Shown here one piece after another: positions 32,517-41,699 of a DNA stretch of 44,647 nt. Positions within the stretch are counted from its first letter, which is position 1; each line of letters opens with the position of its first letter. The DNA lies in contig JAFDLS010000016.1 of the NCBI GenBank assembly GCA_019306365.1, positions 1-44,647 of the forward strand, written 5' to 3'. The DNA is from Deltaproteobacteria bacterium (GTDB lineage: Bacteria > Desulfobacterota > Desulfarculia > Adiutricales > JAFDHD01). The translations under genes and the position numbers were made by a program. Below the pieces are notes generated by a model. The model searched no databases, was not told the origin of the DNA, and saw only the letters and a program-made list of their open reading frames with translations.

Positions 32517-32999
32517 CTAGTTACGGAAACAGCCGAGTATCTTGCTCTCAACTTTACTCTCAGTCAAATCCTCAGCCGCGGAAATCTCCTTGACCAAAAG
32601 ATTAAGAGCCGTATCCAGCATCTTCCTTTCACCAAAAGAAAGTTCCTTGATGGCCTTTAGCAGAATTAAGTCTCTTAAAACCATGGCCACCTCAAAAACA
32701 GACCCGGTTTTTATCTTATCCATATATTCACGGTATCTGCGATTCCAATTTTGTGTTTCCAGGGAAATATCCTGTTCCTTAAGGATGGTGTAAACCTGAG
32801 ATACTTCTTCTGGCTCTATTATTTCACGCAAACCGACGTTACTTACGTTATCCGTCGGGATCATGATAATCATATCATTTTCAAGGATTCGCATCATATA
32901 AAAGCTTTGCTGGAGACCGGAAAAATCCTTGTTTTCGATAGCCTCGATCCTGCCAACTCCATGGGCGGGATAAACAGCCAAATCTCCCACCTTAAACAT
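32517..32999 (-). CDS. carD: CarD/CdnL family RNA polymerase-binding transcription factor
   Basis: MFKVGDLAVYPAHGVG, WNRRYREY, LSFGERKML; ATG 32999 with GGAGG RBS. Confidence 0.94.
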   Translation of the reverse strand: MFKVGDLAVYPAHGVGRIEAIENKDFSGLQQSFYMMRILENDMIIMIPTDNVSNVGLREIIEPEEVSQVYTILKEQDISLETQNWNRRYREYMDKIKTGSVFEVAMVLRDLILLKAIKELSFGERKMLDTALNLLVKEISAAEDLTESKVESKILGCFRN

Positions 33000-33297
33000 T
33001 AAATAATTTCCTCCTATTTCCAAATAACAACATAACAATTAAATATACTACTTTTTCGAAAAAATTACAAAACAAATCTGAAAACATCAAACAGAATTCC
33101 AATTTATTGATTTCGTTTTATTAGTCATAAAAAACAACATGAACAGGGTTAAATAAAAATGAATTGATAAAAATATAAAATATATTCCCGGATTATATTA
33201 ATTTAGTTGCTCTTTTGTTTTTGGTTGGGCGCTGAAAGAAAAATTTATTTTTTAATGTAATATCAAGCTGTTACAAAACAAGTAACAAACTATATAT

Positions 33298-33326
33298 TTG
33301 ACTAAGGCCGCCTTTTGGGGCATAAT
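33298..33326 (+). promoter_or_regulatory. Orphan sigma70-like promoter facing MITE copy 3
   Basis: TTGACT (33298-33303), 17 nt spacer, CATAAT (33321-33326); no credible plus-strand CDS follows. Confidence 0.4.
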
Positions 33327-33402
33327 TTTTTCTATTACTCATTTAACTAAAGATTTGTGTTTTTAAAATTGTATAAAAAGTGATTAAATGAGGCTAACTT
33401 GC

Positions 33403-33610
33403 TAGAAGCTAACTCAAAATTAGTGTCTTGATCTAAATCGAGGAAGGCGAAAATTTAACCCGCAGGAATATATTTAATATTTCGAGGACTTAATTTTTCG
33501 TACGACATATGCCGCTGCAGCGTGAGCGAAGCGGAGTTCAATACCGATGCAGTGTCAGCGAAGCGGCGCTCATGAGCTAGGGTAACCAAACTTTTTTGAG
33601 ATGATTTCTA
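33403..33610 (+). mobile_element. MITE copy 3 (about 208 bp): same core as copies 1 and 2 but different terminal inverted repeats, TA-flanked
   Basis: Starts TAGAAGCTAACTCAAAA, ends TTTTGAGATGATTTCTA. Core AAATCG.GGAAGGCGAAAATTTAACCCGCAGGAATA...TATTTCGAGGACTTAATTT...GACATATGCCGCTGCAGCG is shared; two 32-bp units. Confidence 0.75.
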
Positions 33611-33931
33611 ATAACAAACCATCTTAATTATAATTCTCAAAAAATTAAGGCCTAAACTGAAAAATAAAAAAAACAGCTAAAACCCCCTGGCAACTAAATT
33701 TTTAATATACTAAAGCGGTATTTTTTTAGCTGTGTGCATGTGAAAAATTTTTTCGCTTAAGCTCAGAAATAAAAAAACGACATTAAGGTTAACCGTTAAA
33801 ATAATAGACGTGACGAAAAAGAGGACTTAAAGGAAATAGCGTTATAGAGCAAGCGCCAAAAAAATGTTCGCTTTTATAAAGGTTTTTGATTTGAGTTGTT
33901 GTTAAAAAAAATTTCGTTTGAGTCGGAAAGG

Positions 33932-33976
33932 AAAAAAAGGACCGGTCACGCATACTTCCGCATGATCCGATCCTTT
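33932..33976 (-). terminator. Intrinsic terminator after the membrane pyrophosphatase gene
   Basis: Minus strand AAAGGATCGGATCATGC-GGAAGTAT-GCGTGACCGGTCCTTTTTTT: long stem followed by a U-tract. Confidence 0.65.
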
Positions 33977-34023
33977 GTATTTTTTTATCGGCCTGGCGTT
34001 CTCCGGCCGATAGTTGGTTTAAA

Positions 34024-36051
34024 TTACATCAGCCACCCGGAGTATTTGGCCAGCAGGGGCGCGAGAACCAGGGCAACGACGGACATCAGCTTGATCAGGA
34101 TGTTCATCGCCGGACCGGAGGTGTCTTTGAACGGGTCGCCCACGGTATCACCGACCACGGCAGCTTTATGGTTATCAGAACCCTTTCCGCCGAAATGGCC
34201 TTCTTCGATGTACTTTTTGGCGTTATCCCAGGCGCCGCCGCCATTGGCCATAAACAGGGCCAGGAAAGCGCCCATAAGCATGGCGCCGAGCAGCGTCCCG
34301 CCGAGAGCTTCCTTACCCAGGAGAAAACCGACCATCACGGGAGTTAGAACGGCGATAAAACCGGGCAGAATCATCTCTTTTAGGGAAGACGCTGTAGCAA
34401 TAGCCACGCAGGTTTTAGAATCAGGCTTGACCCCGGGTTTACCTTCCAACAAGCCAGGGATTTCGCGGAACTGACGGCGAATTTCTTCCACCATCTGGAA
34501 GGCGGCCTTACCAACCGAGTTCATGGTCAGTGAAGCGCACAGCATGGGAACTATACCGCCTATAAAAACGCCAATCACAACAATCGGGTTGGTGATATTG
34601 ATAGATTCAAGTCCTGCCGCCTGGGAGTAGGCCACAAACAGAGCCAGAGCCGTCAGGACAGCCGAACCGATCGCGAAGCCTTTACCGATGGCCGCGGTTG
34701 TATTTCCCAGGGCATCGAGAGAGTCCGTGATTTTTCGGGTTTCAGGTCCAAGGCCAGCCATCTCAGAGATACCGCCAGCGTTATCGGCGATAGGTCCGTA
34801 AGCGTCAACGGTCATCGTGGCGCCAACAGTGGCCAGCATACCGACCGCGGCAATACCGATACCATACATACCGGCGAATTTATAAGAGATGAAGGTGGCG
34901 ATGCAGATACCCATAATAGGCAGCCAGGTTGACTGCATACCCAAGGCCAGACCGCTGATAATGACCGTGGCCGGACCGGTGTCGGTCTGAGCTGCGAGTT
35001 TTTTAACCGGCGGACCGGAGGTGTAGTATTCAGCCAGAAGACCGATAGCGACACCTACCAGAAGGCCGGCCAGGATCGCATAGAAAACTCCTATCGGCAA
35101 GCCCAGGGTCCGATTGATGAAAAAGCTAACGATAACCAGGAAGACGGCCGCGATAAAGGTTGTATACCTCAAAGCGGAAGCCGGATTGATATTTTTTAGA
35201 ATCTGGATGGAAAAGACGCCGATAAAAGAACAAACGAGTCCGGCTATAACCACCATGAGGGGCATAGCCATATAGGCCGAACGATCAACACCGCCCAGCG
35301 CCGCCACGCTCATGGTCGCGCCGATAGCGATGGTGGCGATAATCGATCCGACATAAGACTCGAAGATGTCAGCGCCCATCCCGGCAATGTCACCCACGTT
35401 GTCGCCAACGTTATCAGCTATAACACCAGGGTTACGCGGATCATCCTCAGGAATGCCCGCCTCGACTTTACCCACGAGGTCGGCTCCCACGTCAGCCGCT
35501 TTAGTATATATACCGCCGCCGACACGCGCGAACAGGGCAATGGAACTGGCGCCCATGGCGAATCCGTTGATGTATTTGGCTGTTGTCGGATCTCCGCCGA
35601 ACACCCAGAACCAGAAACCTACCCCCAAGAGGCCCAAAGAGGCCACGGATAAGCCCATGACTGCGCCGGAATAGTAAGAAACATTCAACGCTGCGGCCTG
35701 GCCGCTCTTGTTGGCCGCTTCCGCTGTCCGGGAATTACCCCGTGTGGCCGCAAACATTCCCATCAGACCGGCGACGATGGAGCAAATTGCCCCGGTAAGA
35801 AAGGCTATGGCGGTCCTGTAATCAACGAACAAGAACAAAAGAATGAAGACGACGACGATAAAAACGGCCAGATAAGTGTACTCTTTCTTCAAGAAAGTCA
35901 TGGCCCCGTCGTGAATCATCTTCTCCAGTTCTTGCATGGTCTCGTTACCGTTAGGTTGTTTCTTTACATAAAGATAGACCAGGTAAGCCATAATCAACCC
36001 AAAAATCCCCAAAAATGGAGCAATAACGGTAAAATCAGCTAGCTGGTTCAT
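34024..36051 (-). CDS. hppA: Membrane-bound pyrophosphatase, K+-dependent, probably Na+-translocating
   Basis: [61 protein letters not shown]. Confidence 0.97.
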   Translation of the reverse strand: MNQLADFTVIAPFLGIFGLIMAYLVYLYVKKQPNGNETMQELEKMIHDGAMTFLKKEYTYLAVFIVVVFILLFLFVDYRTAIAFLTGAICSIVAGLMGMFAATRGNSRTAEAANKSGQAAALNVSYYSGAVMGLSVASLGLLGVGFWFWVFGGDPTTAKYINGFAMGASSIALFARVGGGIYTKAADVGADLVGKVEAGIPEDDPRNPGVIADNVGDNVGDIAGMGADIFESYVGSIIATIAIGATMSVAALGGVDRSAYMAMPLMVVIAGLVCSFIGVFSIQILKNINPASALRYTTFIAAVFLVIVSFFINRTLGLPIGVFYAILAGLLVGVAIGLLAEYYTSGPPVKKLAAQTDTGPATVIISGLALGMQSTWLPIMGICIATFISYKFAGMYGIGIAAVGMLATVGATMTVDAYGPIADNAGGISEMAGLGPETRKITDSLDALGNTTAAIGKGFAIGSAVLTALALFVAYSQAAGLESINITNPIVVIGVFIGGIVPMLCASLTMNSVGKAAFQMVEEIRRQFREIPGLLEGKPGVKPDSKTCVAIATASSLKEMILPGFIAVLTPVMVGFLLGKEALGGTLLGAMLMGAFLALFMANGGGAWDNAKKYIEEGHFGGKGSDNHKAAVVGDTVGDPFKDTSGPAMNILIKLMSVVALVLAPLLAKYSGWLM

Positions 36052-36080
36052 TAAACTACTACCTCCTCATTAGAATTCTG

Positions 36081-36644
36081 TCACTTGCGGTTAAAACGCT
36101 CTTGAGCCTCAGCCAATCCTTTGACAAGAATCATTTCAGCGGCTAAAACAGCATCATCCACCGCATTCTCAATGCTTTGTTCTTCCTCGGATTTAAACCG
36201 ACTCAGCACAAAATCCTCACCTGTCATAACTGGATCAGGCCGGCCAATGCCGATTTTTATACGGGAGAACTCACTATTTTTAAGGTGCTCTATTATGGAA
36301 CCAACACCTTTGTGCCCACCGGCCCCTCCATGAGCCACAACTTTTATTGCCCCAGTTTCAATATCCAGATCATCATGCAGGACGAGGATGTCAGCTAAAG
36401 CCAGATCAAAATAACTGGTCAACTGTTTGACCGCCTGGCCACTCAAATTCATGTAAGTCTGTGGTTGGGCGATTAGAACCTTGATCCCAGCCACAAGACC
36501 CTGGCCAAGAAGACTCTGATGCTTTTCCTGAGCCAGCCTGATTCCATGCCGTTCAGCTAAACGTTCGACAGCCCTGAAACCAAGGTTGTGCCGGGTACTG
36601 ACATACTCTGGACCAGGGTTGCCCAAGCCGATCACCAGGCGCAC
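36081..36644 (-). CDS. pth: Peptidyl-tRNA hydrolase
   Basis: GLGNPG..Y..TRHNLG, PQTYMNLSG, HDDLD, GGAGGHKG, RIKIGIGRP. Confidence 0.97.
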   Translation of the reverse strand: MRLVIGLGNPGPEYVSTRHNLGFRAVERLAERHGIRLAQEKHQSLLGQGLVAGIKVLIAQPQTYMNLSGQAVKQLTSYFDLALADILVLHDDLDIETGAIKVVAHGGAGGHKGVGSIIEHLKNSEFSRIKIGIGRPDPVMTGEDFVLSRFKSEEEQSIENAVDDAVLAAEMILVKGLAEAQERFNRK

Positions 36645-36672
36645 TTAACCTCCAAGGGATTGACCCTTAAAA

Positions 36673-37362
36673 CTAATCCTCTGATTTTGATTTTTCCGAG
36701 GCGGATGTATCTTCTGAAGTCTCGGCCGCTACTTCTTCAGCTGCACCTTCTTCCGCCAGTTCTTCCTCAACTTCTACTTCTTCTTCGATAACGCCCTTTG
36801 GCGGAGCCACGATGGCAATCGTTATCGCCCCATCGGTAACGGCCTCAACACCAGACGGGCACTCAATATCACTGACATGTATAGACTGTCCATTGTCCAG
36901 GTTAGACACGTCCACAACAATCTCATCCGGGATTTCACTTGGCAGAGCGGAAACAAGCAGCGTTCGTCGAATCTGCTGCAAGAGCCCGCCGCTGTCCAAA
37001 CCAATCGGTTTGCCGACCAGATTTACAGACACTTCGACCTGAATCGGCCTGTTAAGATCAACTTCATAAAAATCAATGTGCAGTACCTCTCTCCGGACAG
37101 GGTCAACCTGATAATCCTTTATCATTATCATGGATTCTTGAGACGAACCGTTGTCTTTAACGAGGAGCCGAATAAGAAACCTGCTGTCTTGGGCGGAGGA
37201 CAAAGCATTTTTAAGCTCGGAAGCTCTGACGGTGAGCGCCTGGGCCTCTCGATTGGGTCCATAAAATATAGCCGGGACAAATCCCTGACTGCGAAGCCGC
37301 CGATTTTGCCCTTTTTTCTGAGGCGTGCGAACCGTCGCGTTGATAGTTAGGTTAGTTTTCAT
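36673..37362 (-). CDS. rplY: 50S ribosomal protein L25 / general stress protein Ctc
   Basis: RRLRSQGFVPAIFYG, QVDPVRREVLHIDF, acidic tail; prs-rplY-pth synteny. Confidence 0.95.
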   Translation of the reverse strand: MKTNLTINATVRTPQKKGQNRRLRSQGFVPAIFYGPNREAQALTVRASELKNALSSAQDSRFLIRLLVKDNGSSQESMIMIKDYQVDPVRREVLHIDFYEVDLNRPIQVEVSVNLVGKPIGLDSGGLLQQIRRTLLVSALPSEIPDEIVVDVSNLDNGQSIHVSDIECPSGVEAVTDGAITIAIVAPPKGVIEEEVEVEEELAEEGAAEEVAAETSEDTSASEKSKSED

Positions 37363-37415
37363 TTTTTAAGTTTCCTCCAAAATGACAGACAACTTTTTTT
37401 ACTCTGAATCTGAAA

Positions 37416-38357
37416 TCAAACAAATAATGAACTGACAGAGTCCTCTTGATGGATGCGGCTAATGGCTTCCCCCAGCAAGTTTGCCACGGATGTCGTTTTG
37501 ATCTTTGGGCATTTTTTAGCCTCTTCTGAAAGGGGGATGGTATCTGTCACTACTAAATATTCGATTGAGGAGTTTGCAATTCTTTCAACAGCCGCGCCGG
37601 AAAGAACCGCATGGGTGGCTAAAGCAATAACGGTTTTAGCCCCTTTGCTCAAAACCGTGTCAATGGCCCTGACCATCGTCCCGGCGGTATCGACCATATC
37701 GTCCACCAAAATCGCCACCTTGTCTTCAACGTTACCAACCAGAGTCATGCTCTCAACTTCATTAATTCCGGATCTGCGTTTATCAATAATGGCGATTGAA
37801 CAATCTAAACGCTTGGCATAGGCCCGGGCCCTTTCCACGCCCCCGGCGTCCGGGGAGATTATGACTATGTCATCAAATTGTTGCTCTCGGACGAAATCCA
37901 GGAGCAAGGGCGCGGCGAAAAGATGATCCACAGGTATATCAAAAAAACCTTGGATTTGCCCGGCGTGAAGATCCATTGATAGTACCCGCTTGGTCCCGGC
38001 CACAGTAATAAGATCGGCTATGAGTTTGGCGGTGATGGGCACGCGCGGGGCAACTTTACGGTCCTGGCGAGCATAACCGTAATATGGGATAACGGCGGTG
38101 ATGCGCCGGGCCGAGGCGCGCTTCAAGGCGTCGATGAGGATAAGCAGTTCCATAATATTTTCATTTACCGGCAGACAGGTGGACTGAATTACAAAAACAT
38201 CCCGGCCGCGAACGTTTTCACCTAATTCAACCAGAATCTCTCCATCAGAAAAACGACGCACGTGCGCCAAGCCCAGCGGCAGTGACAAATAATCACAGAT
38301 TGATTTCGCTAAGGCCGGATTAGAACGGCCAGTAACAATAATTAGTTCATTATTCAT
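37416..38357 (-). CDS. prs: Ribose-phosphate pyrophosphokinase
   Basis: [47 protein letters not shown]. Confidence 0.99.
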   Translation of the reverse strand: MNNELIIVTGRSNPALAKSICDYLSLPLGLAHVRRFSDGEILVELGENVRGRDVFVIQSTCLPVNENIMELLILIDALKRASARRITAVIPYYGYARQDRKVAPRVPITAKLIADLITVAGTKRVLSMDLHAGQIQGFFDIPVDHLFAAPLLLDFVREQQFDDIVIISPDAGGVERARAYAKRLDCSIAIIDKRRSGINEVESMTLVGNVEDKVAILVDDMVDTAGTMVRAIDTVLSKGAKTVIALATHAVLSGAAVERIANSSIEYLVVTDTIPLSEEAKKCPKIKTTSVANLLGEAISRIHQEDSVSSLFV

Positions 38358-38391
38358 GGATAATTCAGATCAATCGCAGTTTTTTATTTTT

Positions 38392-38466
38392 TGGCTGGGG
38401 TGGGAGGATTCGAACCTCCGAATGCAGGCTCCAAAAACCTGTGTCTTACCACTTGACGACACCCCA
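38392..38466 (-). tRNA. tRNA-Gln(TTG)
   Basis: Reverse complement TGGGGTGTCGTCAAGTGGTAAGACA-CAGGT-TTTTGGA-GCCTG-CATTCGGAGGTTCGAATCCTCCCACCCCAGCCA: 75 nt; ispE-tRNA-Gln-prs synteny. Confidence 0.97.
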
Positions 38467-38605
38467 GTAAAAAGCTTCAATTATTTTAGAGATGCAAGTT
38501 AATCTCAAGGTTGAAACTCGCTAATGGTAATTTGTACAATCATTAAAGCGAGGCAGGTTTCACGGTTTAGAAAACTGCCTCTCACGATTTTTAAAACTGG
38601 GGCGA

Positions 38606-39496
38606 TTACAGATTTCGGGTCATTATGGCGACCCACTTTCCTCTTTCCAGTCCATTTAATCTGATTCGGGCTTGTTTAGCTTCATCCCTTCGGAGAAAAA
38701 CCCCAAAGACAGTCGGTCCGCTACCGGTCATCAGGGCTTCAACCGCCCCCTCAGCCAGTAAATGATCCTTCATGGCCTTCACTTCCGGATATCGAGGAAT
38801 TACAACCGATTCCAAATCATTATGCAGGACACGGCTAATTGTGAAAGAACCCTCATTCACCTGTGAATATATAAGCCCTTTGTGTCTAGATGTCAACTTT
38901 AAATTACAATTTTCATATACCCATCTGGTAGATAACGGCCAGCCAGGATTCAACAGCACAAAATAAAAGGTTTCCGACATGACCGGACCGGGTGACAATT
39001 CTTCCCCAATACCGCTGGCTGCAGCCGTGGTTTCGGGACATATAAAAAAAGGCACGTCAGCGCCCAGGCTCAAGCCCAGGTCCAAAAGCCGGTCCTGCGT
39101 TAACGGTGACCCGTAAAGTTCATTAAGGCCCTTCAAGGCGGCTGCCGCGTCCGAACTGCCTCCACCCAGCCCCGCCGCGACAGGAATATGCTTTTCCAAA
39201 ATTATTTCCACGGCGGGTTCGATCCCCGCGGCCTCGAAAAAAACCCTGGCGGCCCTGACGACCAGATTTTCCTCACCAGCCGGTAGGTCGGCCCCCTGTA
39301 TGTCAAGATGAATCCCTCGCCCCTTTAACGCCAGAACGAGTCTGTCAGCCAGATCCAGCTTCACCATAAGGGTTTCGAGCAGATGGTAACCGTCAGACCG
39401 GCGTCCGACAATGGAAAGGTGCAGGTTCAACTTGGCCGGCGCGAGAAGTTTAAGGGCTGTTGGAGGCATATTTTCGATTATGACCTGAACTCCCAC
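38606..39496 (-). CDS. ispE: 4-diphosphocytidyl-2-C-methyl-D-erythritol kinase
   Basis: APAKLNLHL, DGYHLL, KHIPVAAGLGGGSSDAA, LGADVPFF, MTGSGPTVFG. The true start may be slightly downstream. Confidence 0.96.
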   Translation of the reverse strand: MGVQVIIENMPPTALKLLAPAKLNLHLSIVGRRSDGYHLLETLMVKLDLADRLVLALKGRGIHLDIQGADLPAGEENLVVRAARVFFEAAGIEPAVEIILEKHIPVAAGLGGGSSDAAAALKGLNELYGSPLTQDRLLDLGLSLGADVPFFICPETTAAASGIGEELSPGPVMSETFYFVLLNPGWPLSTRWVYENCNLKLTSRHKGLIYSQVNEGSFTISRVLHNDLESVVIPRYPEVKAMKDHLLAEGAVEALMTGSGPTVFGVFLRRDEAKQARIRLNGLERGKWVAIMTRNL

Positions 39497-39529
39497 CCGC
39501 CCGAGAGACAGGTGAAACCCCTTTAGAAG

Positions 39530-40993
39530 TTAGCCGACCTTCAGAGTGTAAAAAAGAGTGTTAGCCCCTCGCTTGACCAGAAAAAGAACGATATCGTCCT
39601 TTTTAATCCTATTTACGGTGTTGCTGTAAGCTCTCAAGCTGTCTATGGGCTGGCGATTAATCTCCAGGATAAGATCGCCCGGCCTGAGCCCGACTTCAGC
39701 TGCCGGGCTGCCTTCGGCGATCCGGCTTATAATCACGCCAGTTTTTTGGTCTACCCCAAACCGCTCAGCGAGTTCGGGTGTGAGCTCCTGCACGGCCAGC
39801 CCGAGCACTTCTTCCCTGACCGGCTCCCTGCTGGCGATTCTTCCTTCCTTAAGCTCGCCGAGCTTCACCTTGATCGTCTCACTCTTGCCTTCACGAATGA
39901 CCTTGACCTCAACCTCGGTCCCCACACGCGTCGAGGCGACCAGAGCGGGCAGGTCCGACCATTCCTTGATTTTTTTCCCATTGAAAGCGATGATAACATC
40001 GCCTCGCTTGATCCCGGCCTTGCTGGCCGGACCATCTGGATCAACATCAGCTATCAGAGAACCTGATTGATCCTTAAGTTTGAAGGATTCGGCCAGTTCC
40101 GGGGTGATTGGCTGGATAACAACTCCCAGCCAGCCTCGGACAACCTTTCCTTTTTCCCTGAGCTGACTTACTATATCCCGTGCCAGGTTCGTGGGGATGG
40201 CGAAGCCTATGCCCTGACCGGCGGCGCTGATGGCGGTATTGATACCAATTACTTCACCGTCCAGATTCAAAAGAGGCCCCCCGGAATTACCCGGGTTGAT
40301 GGAGGCGTCGGTCTGAAGAAAATCATCATAAGGACCGGCTCCGATAACACGGCTCTTAGCGCTGATAATTCCGGCTGTGACGGTATGATCAAGCCCAAAT
40401 GGATTTCCAATGGCCACTACCCAGTCGCCAACATTGAGACGGTCCGAATCCCCCAATTTAACGGAAGGCAGAGAATTCTCGGTATTGATTTTTATTAAAG
40501 CGATGTCGGTTTTGGGATCCCGGCCAACAATTTTGGCCTTATATTCCTTTCCGCTGGATACCAGCACCAGGATCTCCTGGGCATTCTCAACAACGTGGTT
40601 ATTGGTAATGATGTATCCTGAAGGATCGATAATAAAACCAGAACCCAGTGACCGTTGTTTTCTTTCCTGGGGCGGAGCCTGCCTCCCGAAAAATCTGTCA
40701 AAGAAATCGAAAGGTTCTCCAAATTCCTCAGGTTTTCCCGGCTGACGCGGCGACCGGAAAATAAAGCCCCGGTCTTTGACGACTCTGACGGCGGATATAT
40801 TCACCACGGCGGGCGAAACTTTTTTCGCCAATTCCGAAAAAGAAGCGGGAATCATCCGGGTAGATTCGGAAGCCTGCGCATACTGGAATTGAGAGCATAA
40901 TAGAAAAGCAGACGCTAACAGGATGACCAGCGCCAGGAATTGTATCCCGGTATGTTTATAAAGGAATAAGCCTGACAGCTTCTTAATCCTCAT
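39530..40993 (-). CDS. DegP/DegQ (Do family) periplasmic serine protease with two PDZ domains
   Basis: Signal peptide, LGSGFII, TNNHVV (His), DIALIK (Asp), INPGNSGGPL (Ser), two PDZ repeats. Confidence 0.96.
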   Translation of the reverse strand: MRIKKLSGLFLYKHTGIQFLALVILLASAFLLCSQFQYAQASESTRMIPASFSELAKKVSPAVVNISAVRVVKDRGFIFRSPRQPGKPEEFGEPFDFFDRFFGRQAPPQERKQRSLGSGFIIDPSGYIITNNHVVENAQEILVLVSSGKEYKAKIVGRDPKTDIALIKINTENSLPSVKLGDSDRLNVGDWVVAIGNPFGLDHTVTAGIISAKSRVIGAGPYDDFLQTDASINPGNSGGPLLNLDGEVIGINTAISAAGQGIGFAIPTNLARDIVSQLREKGKVVRGWLGVVIQPITPELAESFKLKDQSGSLIADVDPDGPASKAGIKRGDVIIAFNGKKIKEWSDLPALVASTRVGTEVEVKVIREGKSETIKVKLGELKEGRIASREPVREEVLGLAVQELTPELAERFGVDQKTGVIISRIAEGSPAAEVGLRPGDLILEINRQPIDSLRAYSNTVNRIKKDDIVLFLVKRGANTLFYTLKVG

Positions 40994-41020
40994 TTTTTTC
41001 TCCTTTTTTCGTGAGACCGC

Positions 41021-41379
41021 TTAATGCTTGCTTGCGGCTACATATTTCATTCTTAATTCATAAAGAAGATTTTCAAGTAACTTTGACTCATCTTCCTCAA
41101 GGTTGCCCTTGGTTTTCTCTTTAAGCATCCCGATGATATCAATAGTCTGTTTCGCCAGACCCAAATTCATTACGGTCTGGTTGGTGTTGGGATCGGGTAT
41201 CTCCCCCAGGTGCAGCAAGGCGGACGTGCTCAAAGAAAAAATGAAAGTGGATAAAGTCACCTCTGGCAGAGGACCAGCCTCTTCCCTCTCTTCCCTTCAG
41301 GCGGCTTAACGGCCTCGCCTTCAGCAGGAAAAAGCCTCCGGTCTTTAATCACAAACCCTTTCTCTTCTTCGTCTGACAT
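41021..41379 (-). pseudogene. DUF1844 family protein, frameshifted in the linker (near 41275-41310)
   Basis: ATG 41379 with GAGGAG RBS gives MSDEEEKGFVIKDRRLF..., but the conserved part PLPEVTLSTFIFSLSTSALLHLGEIPDP...AKQTIDIIGMLKEKTKGNL is in another frame. Start-to-stop span is 359 nt, not a multiple of 3. Confidence 0.75.
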
Positions 41380-41400
41380 AAGCTGACTCCTCACATGAAA

Positions 41401-41510
41401 CGGCCCCGGGTGCAACCCCCGGCCGGGTTGTGGACGCGTGAAAAACAGGCCCTTTGCCTTCCCTGAATAAAGGATATCAAAGCACCTGCACCCGCCGACT
41501 CATCTCACGC
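41401..41510 (-). ncRNA. Candidate structured 5' leader RNA (unidentified)
   Basis: Nested complementary segments 41503-41510/41436-41443 and 41478-41488/41446-41456, a hairpin at 41401-41425, and an alternative pairing 41487-41494/41407-41414. Confidence 0.35.
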
Positions 41511-41545
41511 AATTCCCTAATAAGAAAAGCATGATTTCTGTTTGA

Positions 41546-41574
41546 AGTCTATCATACAACGAACACGCTATCAA
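41546..41574 (-). promoter_or_regulatory. Putative sigma70 promoter for DUF1844-degQ-ispE
   Basis: Minus strand TTGATA (41574-41569), 17 nt spacer, TAGACT (41551-41546) with upstream TGn. Confidence 0.45.
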
Positions 41575-41699
41575 GATGCTTACCTGGAGGTTTTGCTTAA
41601 TAAAAGAGTCGGTATTACGCTTTTTGCAATCGGGCAAGCGGACGATTTGGCGAATTGTTCCTCCCTGAAAGATCAACGAGGGGCAAATAAGAAAGAATA

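Noticed and set aside
28643-33575. 32-bp tandem palindromic units as a CRISPR array
   Set aside because: At most two directly adjacent degenerate units, no unique spacers, no cas genes, and they lie inside TIR-bounded elements.
41401-41510. SRP RNA, 6S RNA or a known riboswitch
   Set aside because: Lacks the SRP helix-8 motif (CAGG...GGAAG.AGCAG) and the consensus blocks I know for TPP, FMN, SAM, cobalamin, c-di-GMP, ZTP, Moco and fluoride classes; kept only as an unidentified candidate.
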